Source of the DNA: Raillietiella orientalis
Taxonomy: Eukaryota
DNA length: 64,000 nt
Direction: 5' to 3'
NCBI GenBank assembly: GCA_036172245.1
Contig: JAYWIR010000026.1
Coordinates: forward strand, 2,542,001-2,606,000
Shown piece by piece: positions 1 through 11,264 of this stretch; positions within the stretch are counted from its first letter, which is position 1, and every line of letters begins with the position of its first letter. The position numbers were made by a program, and so were the translations under genes. The notes beneath the pieces are model-generated. The model was not told the origin of the DNA and made no database searches. It was given only the letters and a program-made list of their open reading frames with translations.

Positions 1-636
1 TGACTGGACATTGCAGGCCATTCCAAAGGTAAAAAAATGCTCTTATGAGTCGGTCAATGTTTTCTTAGGAGAATGAAGCCGATTTACTAGAACTCTTCAC
101 ATTTGGTCATGCACTTTATCAGAAAGCATGTGTGAAGTCCTCTCTTTGCCTCTCTTTAAGTTTGTATTGTGCCTGTCAGGTAAGTATTTTCTTCAATCGG
201 TGTGCTTCATTATTTGCAGATTCAAGAAGAATGCTACAAAGCCAGTTATTCTTTCATACCCGTGCTTCCTCCTATGCTGTCTTACAAACTTTTGTTAACT
301 CATGACCCTCACCTTTTACATGATTTTATTGGCTACTTGTGTCAGTTTCTTAAATACTCGAAGCAAGTAGATATTAATGAAGGAGTAGAGCTATGGGAAC
401 AGCATTACAAAAACATGTTCGATCTCATCAAGAATGTTGTGGTTATTCTTGGAGGATTAGACAAGAAAAAGTTATGTGCAGGCCCCATACTGTCATATCA
501 AGGCATGTCCCGTTTATTGCATCATTATAACATCAATAAACATCCTGCAATGAGACTTTTATACAAGCATTATTTAGAAAGTAGATTGGAGCCCCAGAAA
601 AGGCAGGCATATTCTGAAGTAAGCATTATGGCGTAA
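1..636 (+). CDS. 3' part of an unidentified spliced protein-coding gene (exons <1-28, 69-179, 220-636)
   Basis: GT-AG introns 29-68 and 180-219 (40 nt each) join in frame: DWTLQAIPK|ENEADLLELF...LYCACQ|IQEECYK...EVSIMA*. The last exon is open for 138 codons in AT-rich DNA. No family recognised. Confidence 0.7.
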
Positions 637-2683
637 CTAGATTATGGAGACAGTTTTTTCCAGAAATATAGCTTCATGACTTGGTTAGCAGAGGAGAAAA
701 AAATGGGAAACTTTGTTTCCATTTTTAAGCTCAGTTTCCCAGTGTGGCCTTTTAAAAAAAAAGCAGAAAAAGACTCTAAATAGCATATATATCTAAGACT
801 TTATAATAAATTATTAGGATCGAAAAATTGCTATTACTCAACCATTGTACTATTTGCTTGATGCATTGTTACTTGGAATTGAGATTTTTGTGGAGTGAAA
901 GAACACAAAGGCAGGCTTCTCATTTCAATGTTTCTTTGGGAAACATGCTCTTCAAATATTAAATTAAGGAAAACCTTAACTGGGGTAGTTGCAAATAGAG
1001 ATACAACATTGCATAACTTGGTTTGAAATAAAATGGTAAGTGGAATATTTTTTAACATTAAAGATATCAAGAGTTCCGTGATTAAATCTGAAAATGTGGA
1101 TCAGTATGCAAAGCTAGCCATGTACATCAGTTTAAGGAATGTTATAAAAATCTCTGTGCTAGTTAGTAAAAACTCAAGAACTTGAATTAAGTCTATAAAT
1201 AGGTAAATTATTCAAAGGGAGCATCAGTAGTTACATGAATTTTTAGACTTTTATTCTGTTGCAAATATGATTAATTCCCCTCAGAATTTGGTGTATCAAC
1301 AATAGTACTTTCTGGCTGATTAAAGATGGTGGATGCTCTTCTTTGAAATATCAAACTGGATACTTTTGCAAAGGTCAGTTGCTGACCTTGGTCAGCAACT
1401 GTCTCTGTGTATAAGCATGGATAGCTGCTCTTTGTCTTCCCTTTCAATTCTGGGGCTTCTGCCTGAGCATTTAGTCAGCTCTTAAGAAGCACACTGACAG
1501 TACTGTTATTGTAGCTGCATAGGAAATTGAAAACTACTCGTGAATTTTCTGCAATAAATGCTTCAGCCCTCAGCTGCCATTCTCTATAGTTGGATCCTTG
1601 TTATTCTTCAGCAGCACAATTAAAACTGGTCTTGTCAAGATTGCATTCTGCTGTTTTAGCTGTGATGATTCGCAATCAGTGGTATATTAGTTACAAAACA
1701 TGCAAATCCAGCATATTTTCCAAGAGATTCAGCTTTTAAGTCGTCTGACCCAATACTTATACAATTTTAACGAAAAATCCAGAATTTCAATACCGAAATT
1801 TACCAACTCGGCGAGTTATTACTGCAATCCCATTGTTTGTGTTTTGGGTGAGTTTAAGAACTATGCAACAAATGTATATAAAACCTAAAATAACTCCAAG
1901 TCGTCGTTTCACAAAATCACACGCATTGAAGCTTTCATGATGACTATTGATTGCTTACAAAGCTTCCAATTCTAAGTGAAACACGTACAATGCCTACATT
2001 TTCTTCACATGACATGGGCGTGGGTCACTTAGCTCCATGTCACATGACGATATCACCACGATGGATGGAAATGGTATTTCGACAGTTTCTTGTTAAAAGG
2101 AATCGATGTATTCTTTCAAACTGCCAATAGCCGCACTTATCCATCAGCAATCGTAGCCCTGACAGAGCAATACGAGAATCTCGGTATCAACCGAAGGTAT
2201 CAGTCGTGTGTTTTGAACACGAAACGCGATTCATATAGAATTCTACAAAATGAGTAATTCACTACGTTTGTGGCTACTATCTGTCCTTCATCCGTGCAAT
2301 ATTTGCCCCAGTTTGATCCACCCATAAATCCAAACTGTTTACTGTACGTTTTTCAATTAGGATAAAAATGGAAAAAATCTGAAACTTTCTAATGGAAAAA
2401 ATCAGAAAACGATCCTCCTGAAAAGATGGCTGAAAATCGTTTGTCACGCATACTTGGCTCTTCATGATCGGAAGACAATTCCATCCTCAATTTTGCAAAG
2501 TCAAATTATTTCAAATCTCAATTGCATGTATACACTCTGCGACGATGAAAACGATGACTTCGAGACGAGCACTTTACAGTTCACACATCGGGGAATGGGC
2601 AGAGACTCACTAGAAAATGGAGGGGAGCTTTGCTCACTCCACTTTGTACCACAATCAGTATTTCGAATTTTATGATTTTTCTT

Positions 2684-2701
2684 CAGCAGCAGCAGCAGCA
2701 G
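2684..2701 (+). repeat. (CAG)6 microsatellite
   Basis: Read directly from sequence. Confidence 0.9.
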
Positions 2702-4043
2702 TCCAAAATATTACAATACTACGGAATGTAGCGGCTGTGAAAATAAGCTGACCTTGGAAATTAAAAAGTAATGATCATTTTCCTTAAATCCGGTGTATGT
2801 TTTCTTGGATTGTGGGGTTCTCCGATCAGATGGGCTTCCATGCAAGGGCAAAATTCCCATTTTCGTAGATATGTAATTAAGGAAACTGAAAATTAAATAG
2901 GAATTTGGCTGTGGCGACAGAAAGGTTCCACAATGCACAGTCCAAAGATAGCGTATGTAATGTGAATTGTTTCTTAGACATCGGGGAATTTTCTGATTTG
3001 TCTGTATGTGCATATGTTTTGGTTTTAGAAACAATAATTTCACATTGTAAGCAATCTTAGAATTCTTGTTTTCTTTGTTTACTAATTCTTATTACACAAC
3101 TTCATATTTCTAAGCTTGTGAACAAATTCTTTAAGAAAAAAGCCAAAAGAGTGAAAAAAAGACGAATAGAGTGTTCATTAACTTTCTTTGTAGAATACTT
3201 TTTTGAATGTGCTTTTCGATTTCGTTTCAGAGATTTAGTTTTTGATGCAATTCCCACTAGACTAATTTCTAGTGTCATCGTTTTTCTTAAGGCAAAAAAA
3301 TCTTTGTGTATCTGATCGCTAGTTTGAATGTTTTCGTCTATATTAGTAGATATTCAGTAATTCAGATATTCAATATAACCAATTTAGTAAGCTGGTTCAC
3401 TTCTACTGATTTTGCCAACTTGCATTATTAGAAATTATTGCAGTTTGGCCATTGCTCATTCTAGATTTTAATCTGACTTGCAATTTTCCTTTCATAATAC
3501 TTTATGCTCAATATTTTGAAGATATTATTGGATACCACTTAACTGAATGTTTTCCTATTCAAGAGGAGTTTTTGAATAACACAAAGGAAGTTCTAATGGT
3601 TTGTGCTTTGATTTGATTTAAAATGGAAAACCATTTATTGTGTTTGTGGATTTGATGTTGATATGCTGAGGATCGTTTAACATAATTTGTTTGTCGGACT
3701 TTGTGCCGGTTCATGGATGAAATTCGGCGTTGTAGCAGTTTTGATTCCATTAATTGAATTCGGTGAATTGACGCAGAATTTAAAGAATCGGAACCGTTGG
3801 AATTTCCAAGTATGCGTTGGAAGAAAGATTTCGATTTTTGGGATGAATTCTATTATGCAATCAAGCGTAGTTATGTGTACCGTAAGGTCTGGCCTTTGAT
3901 ATTTTCATGACTTTTGTTTTCATGCAATTTTCAATTGTGGTATCACTGTAATTTGTGTTATAGTGAAGCAGCCGTGACAGGGTGCTGGTGCTAAGGATTG
4001 CAAACGGTGTGTGGTTTGCGTATACCTTTTCCTGCACATCACA

Positions 4044-5023
4044 ATGGGAAGGTTAGTTTTCATACTACCGAAAAATGCATGTTTACATGATAGGATGGAA
4101 AATGTTTCGATTTTGTATGCAATTCCTTGATTACAGTGTATATGTAGTCATCTTGCCAGCATTAGTAAATCCATAAACCTTTATTCATACCATGTTCCTT
4201 TTTAGGTATTTTTGTGATTATTGCGACACGTACTTAACGCATGATTCAGTGAGTATTTAGCATTTCTGATCAGCTTTGATGCTTTCTAATTTTACAGCCC
4301 TCCGTAAGAAAAACGCACTGCTCTGGAAGAAAGCATAAAGACAATGTTAGATTTTATTATCAGAAATGGATGGAGGATCAAGCCCAAAGTCTTATTGATG
4401 CTACAAGTAAGTTTGCGCACGTTACTATTTCAATGTGTTCCGTTATATTAGTTTGAAAAATCTCAAACGCAAAATTCTTAGAAAGTTAAAGTTTAGTTAG
4501 TATTTTAACCTTTAGTTTTTTATATGTACTGAAAGTGAACATGTATCTCACATTATTCCCGTCTTTAAACCATGCTTTCAATCCGTAGCTGCTGCATTTA
4601 AGGCTGGAAAAATTCAGTCCAATCCATTTGTTAAAGGTGTTGCTATTCCACCACCTGCAACAATTACAGGTAATATGCACAGAAAAAAAAAAAAAAAAGG
4701 AAGTAAATTCATAATCAATTTTACTAGCACAACCAGTTCGACCACAGATGGGCATTCCTCGTCCAGTGATGCCAACATTGCAAATTCCAGGGATGCCACA
4801 CATGGGACCTCCAGGAATGGGACCTATAATTCCAATGGGTCCAGCATTACCTCCTATGCCTGTATCTGGTATGTAATATTGTTACAATAAAGGAAACAGT
4901 CAATAATCATTATAACTAGGTATTAGACCTCCCATGAACTCTTCAGTGATGGGTTCAGTGATGGGACCTGTCCATCCAATAATGAATATGCCTCCACCGC
5001 AGCAGTTGGCTCGACCACAGTGA
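4044..5023 (+). CDS. SNRPC: U1 small nuclear ribonucleoprotein C (U1-C); exons 4044-4051, 4206-4248, 4298-4406, 4589-4669, 4728-4868, 4920-5023
   Basis: Spliced translation [61 protein letters not shown]... matches the U1-C zinc finger and is followed by the typical Pro/Met/Gly-rich tail. All five introns are GT-AG and phase-consistent. TGA at 5021-5023. Confidence 0.97.
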
Positions 5024-5269
5024 TAAGTATTCTCCGCTTGCGTGTATGTTTATCGTGGTCTCACTTTGTATTCACCATCTTTAAATGCAAGAGCAAAGAG
5101 AAAAGCATGCATGGGCAATGCAGTGTAAAGTTTGTTTTGTGACTTTTAAAATTCAAAATTGAGTTTTTCAAATACAATTCACAAATGAACATATCAGTTT
5201 CGAGAGTATTCATTTAATTGAATGAATGCGTTTGTGCGAAAAAAAGAATGATTGTGTTGATATTAGGTG

Positions 5270-6690
5270 TTAACAACAATAACAATTAGGGTCATTCACA
5301 GTCGCATTGAAATGCTTTTGGTGTTTCTTTTTTTGTGGATGGCATCTACATGTTCTGTGGATTATTGTTTCAAGGTGGTTGCTTCGCTTGGGGGTAATAA
5401 ATCGGTGATATAAAGTTTTATTTATAGAAAATTTCTTTAGCTCATTGGGATGGTATGTAATGAATTTGGCCATATAAACAAATATAATCCGTTACATGTA
5501 TTGTAATTTTACATAACATGAATGAGTATAGGAACAGCAGCAACTTAATACATTGGCTCACAGTGATCCATAAAATTTGTGAGATATGCACCTTTATTAT
5601 CAAAAGTTGTATTCTGCAAGCCACTTGACATGTATTGGTAGCTATAATTCTGAATGAAGCAGACTCTATCATCTCCTCCAGAGAGAATTCATAGATCATA
5701 TCATTGTATTAATCCAAACGTGATAGGTAACTATCATCTAACGAGCCAGATTGTTAGCATCTTGATACTTCGTGATGTGTACTTTAGTGCATGTCATTTG
5801 TTTAAAAACTTGACCTAGCTAAAGAATAGATTGAAATACTGCAGTAATTATGTTAGTTAGAAGGAATCATTTTGTTCAAGGATAGTTGTGCGAAAAAGTG
5901 AGAATTCGCCTAACCCTATATGGGATTTATCATGTGTTTTACCAAGCCCTACTTCAGCTAAATCACCACTTGGGCCAGGCATGTTTTCTTGATTAATATC
6001 TTTGCTAGTAGAATTACCATAGGCTAAAAATCTATTTAATGAACCATGGTCTCCTTGCTCTAATATAGAATGTATATAACCTGCGTAGTAGTCCATCATC
6101 TTTGGTTGTGATGTTCTTTTTTTTTAAATTCATTTCCCGTGAACATTTATTGGTATCTCTGATGGTGGTCTTTGTGTTGTGTGTTGCAAAATGCAGTGTT
6201 TCACGATTCATAGTTGCAACAAGCTTCATGTCTTAACATGGGACTGTGATTTTCTGTCAGCCCTCTTTCGCCCATCACTCAAGTTCTCCAATGCCATTGA
6301 CAGTCTGGAAAAAAAAAAAAAAAAAAAAACTCCTTTGGAAGTACCTCTAAGGTCCTCATGATTCTTAGATTTAAATAGTATATAGATTCAGATATTCTGT
6401 TTACCACCGAAGTGAATAAATACGTTAACAGATATCAGTTCACTTACTGATGAAGTTGAGATGGACGATTTCCTTTGAAGTGTTTTCAGCCAGTGATTTT
6501 AGTATCCCACGCTAAAGTTCTGCCAATGAATCGTTTAGGAAAAGAACTTTTCGTTTGAACATGCTTGGCTGTAATAATTTTGGGGGAAATGTTCGGAATT
6601 TGAGATCTACAGTCAACGTGAAGCCACTGGATCCTGTTGATGGACATGTTTGGTGTCCTTTTTGGCATGTTGGTATACCGAACACTTAAT
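5270..6690 (-). pseudogene. Decayed spliced gene of unknown family, 5' part interrupted by a hAT-like end
   Basis: Long frames broken by isolated stops (e.g. ...FLNDSLAEL*RGILKSLAENTSKEIVHLNFI then GTAAGT), a poly-T/CCAG acceptor near 6305-6330 and further ORF pieces 5857-6229. No intact model could be built. Confidence 0.3.
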
Positions 6691-6699
6691 GGCCTAGAC

Positions 6700-6718
6700 C
6701 AGTGGTGCCGAACCTTTT
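6700..6718 (+). mobile_element. hAT (Charlie-like) DNA transposon left terminus
   Basis: CAGTGGTGCCGAACCTTTT resembles Charlie-type TIRs (CAGTGGTTCCCAACCTTTT-like). It is preceded by GCCTAGAC (6692-6699), which fits the NNCTAGAN target preference. I found no matching right end. Confidence 0.5.
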
Positions 6719-8555
6719 GATGTGTTCTTGCCAAGAATTTACAAAGAACATTCCTCAAGATGCGGAGGTGCCGGTGTGTTTTTCGTGAGGGTGGTTGGGT
6801 GGGTGGGGGGGGACCATGGGAAATTGATTACTGCAGAAATTGAATGGAATAATTTAAAAGTTTGGATAACGTGGTCCAAAGCAACATAAAGAATTTCATA
6901 ACGGTTCACAACATGACGTGCATGTTTTTCTCACTATTTGCAGGTTGTCCCGGAACCTGCGGCGGGGGGTTCTGCGCCGACGTCACCGCCGTAAGGCGGT
7001 CCTGACGTGAGTCGGGGACTCCCCCCCCCCATCCTCGATTTGTTTGATTTCTATGACGACATTTCCACAACGGGTTTTTAATCGACTTGAAACAGTTAAA
7101 AAATGCATAAACTTACATAAACACGTATAAATTATTGGTTAGTTAGTGTACATGTGAGTGCATAGATATGTATGAAATTGAGGAGGAAAAATGTGAGGAA
7201 AAAAAAAAAAAATAATAATACATGCACACCTATCAAGGATGGTACAGACAGAAAACTTATCAAACCGGTGTTTGATTAAATGGGTTTTAAATTCGAACGA
7301 TGCGATTGCTTATCGCAATCGGAAGTGATTTTTTTTTTTTTTTAAATTGAGAAAAAAATTAGTTGGTATTCTTTTCTTCATCTGTTTCGTGATGATGGCC
7401 CCTGATTGCTTCCCGAGTGACGTCTTTGACGGAGCGGCCCTTCCCTGTCCTGGTCCACATTTTCGAGTACCTGGAGTCCTTGAATTCGTTTAGAAAATGC
7501 TTCAGCCGACCCTTTTGCAGTAAATTTTCTCTTCAACGCTTTCTCTTTTCCATCTTGATCGTTAATTTCTTTCTTCTGCAACCCTCTCGTTTTGGAAATT
7601 TAATCGAGTCTCGATCGGTAAGCTCCACCTTCTCCGCGCCCTGCTGATTCTCCCACGTCGGTGGATGCTGACTTCTGGATCCAGCTCTCTCGCAATTTTT
7701 GTGGATCTCCTCATCAGTTTGTTCCGACGTCCGCCCGGTGGTCTCACTCCGCGTGTCTGCCGTGGCGGCGACTCCTTCCGGACTGCCCGCGTGCGCCGTT
7801 CCCCACACACTTCCTGCCACGGAGTTCCCTCTTTTCCCGTGGAGGCCTTGGTCAAGTTAGGGAACTGACCGTCGCCGTGGGTGCCGAATGGTAACTTCCT
7901 GCAACGGCATTTCTGTTGTTGTGCCTTTGACGGCGTCCCAAGCTGGTCACTCTTGCGGGCAGCTAGATTCATGTGCCGTGTAATCTGGAAAGTTGCTTCT
8001 CGCGCGAAAGTTCATTTCAGAAAATAGTGATTCTCTGGCATAAAGGGAAAACTGTTGATGTGACCGTCGCTCGTTTTTTTTTTCCCCTTCTTTTTCTCCC
8101 CCTGAAAACTGCGTATTGCGAGTTCTCGGTGCTCCTTCTACGTCCTCTTTGAATGCGCCCCAATCGTTTTCAACCGTTTCCCAGCCATGTCGCAGGCCAG
8201 CAAATTCTCGTTCCCGTTATAGAGATGGCTTGAAAGTCAGTCATTCGCTTGTCTTCCGAGTTTCAGCCAGTCGAATGTCCGTGAGCCTGGATGCTGTCGC
8301 CTCTGGGTATAAAACGGGCTTTCGACGTCTCCGCGAATTCGTCTCCGGACGGCTGAATCTCGGCTGGACGCTGTCGTTTTGACTTTGATCTCGTTTCCAC
8401 GAAACTCCAGATCTGCAAAGGATTTTTCCGTGTATGGGAAGCACCTGACGGTGTTGGATGTGACGTCACGAGTGAAAATTCGGCGTCGAATGCTCCGGTC
8501 AAGTGAAACACGACAGTAATCGCCTTAACACCTTACAGCTCGCCATTTCATTCAT

Positions 8556-9170
8556 TCAAACGTGAGGACAAATCGGTAGGAAAAACGTGAATTTTGAAAG
8601 CCAGTCGACGTCCATTGATGGATTCCATTTTTCCAAGATTTTTTTCATTATGTAAAGAGAGGCCAACCTCATCTCAACACTCATGAAATTTTTGAAGAAC
8701 TTTTCCACGACTGGACCATCGGACGTTGTTGTACATAAGCAAACCACTGTACGCCACCGCGTGTACCTCATTTCATAATCCTAAAAATTTTTGCTTATTT
8801 CAAGCGCGTGCAGATATGAAATAAAACCGATTTTCTTACGAGGCTCGTAATATGATCCAGTATCTTGAAACTTATCTTTGCTCATAGAACCTGCTAATGT
8901 ATGACGCTGATGTATGACGATGCCATGGAGACCCAGAATTGAATGTCCACTACGATAGGCAAATAAATTAACAAAATTGCCGCGTTCCTCTGCAGTCATA
9001 CTTCGAGCACCATCCGCCATTCGGGAAAGATCTGTCTCTTTCGCCAAGCGCATTTACGATTGCGTTACACATATCTGTTCCCTTTGCTGCTGCCGTGAAA
9101 GACTTGAAACGGATCGATTCCTGTTGAAAGTCATCCCCACCACGGTGTCGAACGAAAATTGCTTCACGAG
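8556..9170 (-). pseudogene. Pseudo-exon of about 205 codons with two in-frame stops
   Basis: ORFs 9054-9260, 8781-9053 and 8556-8771 are all in one frame, separated only by single stops. A CAG acceptor lies at 9171-9173. Confidence 0.35.
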
Positions 9171-9190
9171 CTGATCCAATGCTATCAGCA

Positions 9191-9221
<31 letters not shown>

Positions 9222-9226
9222 TGTGT
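9191..9226 (+). repeat. T18 followed by (GT)9 compound microsatellite
   Basis: Read directly from sequence. Confidence 0.9.
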
Positions 9227-10531
9227 CAGGGCGGAGGGGAACGAAAGCGGAGGATTTCACATCAATCGGTAGCCGCGTTTGGGAATCTGCCTTTTGGGAA
9301 GCGTCCTGGCCAACGGCATGCTTTCATCCTTTCGATGATCTTTCGTTCGTTCTCCCAAAAGAATCTTCAAGGAGGACCGTTGCGACGACGCTTCCTCTGT
9401 ACACTCGCCATCGCTAAAACGCGTTCCACGTTTGGCAGTTACATTTGAGATTGCAAAAGAAAACAGCGGCAGCCGCATCTGAACGGCTTCCGGTAGACTC
9501 CGTCGAGGCTTCTGGTCGGATGCTGCTGCTCTCACTTGCCCGAGCAGGTTCGTTCTTTCTGCCACCCCCCCCCAAAAAAAAAGGAGAAAAGGAATCACAC
9601 ACGCACGGGACGATGACACGCATTTGATTTCTGCATTCTGGTGGTGACTGTACAATTCATAAGTGCATGTGCGATGGGGGAACCCTGGAATCTCTGGCAC
9701 GAGCTTTCCGCAAAGAATGGGACCACTCATCGAGTTAAAGTTCTTTTTTGCGATTCATTTTTTTTTTTTTTCTTCTTCCCCCTCTTCTTCTGCTTGTTGC
9801 GCGTGCCAGCAAAATTTTCGCGTATGTGCCACACTACCGGGACGCGTGCCGTAGGCTCGCCACCAGTGACCCAGGACCTGACCTCTTGTATGGTTCGGTC
9901 GCGTGTGTCTTCAAGCCACGCGTTGATCTGCTTTGTCAATGTTCGTCACCCCTCATCCCGAAGAAGGGGGAGGGTAGAAGTTGAGCGATGCCGGCTGGAT
10001 GCTGCTAATGATCTGCGTAGTAGCGTTCCTTTATCGAAAGCTATCGCTGGTGTTTTATCGGAGACCCCGGGAGTCGGGAATGTGGCGGGAAACGAACGCA
10101 AGGCCCAAAATTGTCGAAAAAGTAGCAAATCAATCGCAGATCCATTCGGCACCGGAGCGCAGGCCGTAGGTACATTTTCCGGGTTCGAATTTTCTGCGTT
10201 CTTGGGCGTTCCAATCGGTACGCGGGGTCTCAATTTGTTGCTTGGGATCAGTTGGGGGGAGGGCAGGGGGAGTACATGCGCGCGCGTACACAACGAGCAT
10301 TCAAGTACGCAATTGTGCAATGCGCAAATGATAGGATCCGTGGGCTCAGGTGGGCTCATAGATGCCCAAGGAAATCAGACGGCCACCATAACTGCGAGTT
10401 TCTGTCCTACGAATGTGTTCCGGCGTGCTTGAAAGAATGGGAGCAACTGGATTGCGTGTCAAGGAAAGAAGCTCGAGTACCTGGGAAAAAGGGTCGCAGG
10501 GATCATCACTGCATAACATGTTGGTTTCTGC

Positions 10532-10555
10532 GAGAGAGAGAGAGAGAGAGAGAGA
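10532..10555 (+). repeat. (GA)12 microsatellite
   Basis: Read directly from sequence. Confidence 0.9.
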
Positions 10556-11264
10556 GGGGAGGAGGGAGGTAGCAGCAAGTATGCATCAGGGATTCCTACC
10601 GTTTATTTCCCCGCAATTGCGAATGTAAAAGAAACGGCGGTGCGTTGCGATAGCGGCATCGATTCGCTGCTGCTATCGAAGAAGAAGTCAGATGAGCACG
10701 TCAGAGAGGAACGGTGATGGGATGAAAGAAACTCGGCGAAACGACTGAGTGCAAACCGAGGGTCCGAGATCCGAAGGAGATGTTTTTTTTTTTTTTTTTT
10801 TTCCCCTGGGTTTAGCAAACTGCTTCCTCAGAAAGAAGTGGAAGCATTAAGTAGACGGTGGTGCTGGTGGTGCGTATGATCCGTTACACGGGTCCAGCTG
10901 CACAGAGGAGAAAACTGAATCGCAAACATGGAAACGGATAAAGTTTCGCATGACGAGCCGCCTCAGTTCAAGAGATCCGGAGGTGACTGGCAACTGCACG
11001 TCATTTCTCTGAAAACAACGAGCATGGGTGGAATGTGCGTTTTTTCTTTCTTTCTTTTTTTTTTCCTTTGCGTAAGCACTATTCCATTTCGAGTCTCCTG
11101 GCACGAAATGTCAGGCTGCAGGTTTGCGAAGAAGTCCGTAATCCCAGGAAGAGTTCGAGGGAGGAAATGCTCGCGTATTTGGAAGAGGGATCTTTGCCGG
11201 AGGCCTCGAAACGAGTCTCCTCGCGTGCTGAGACTCTCGTACTCAACAACACAACGGTAAACGG

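Noticed and set aside
834..1690. Minus-strand gene or pseudogene
   Set aside because: Coding-like frames with internal stops exist, but no consistent exon chain or homology could be supported.
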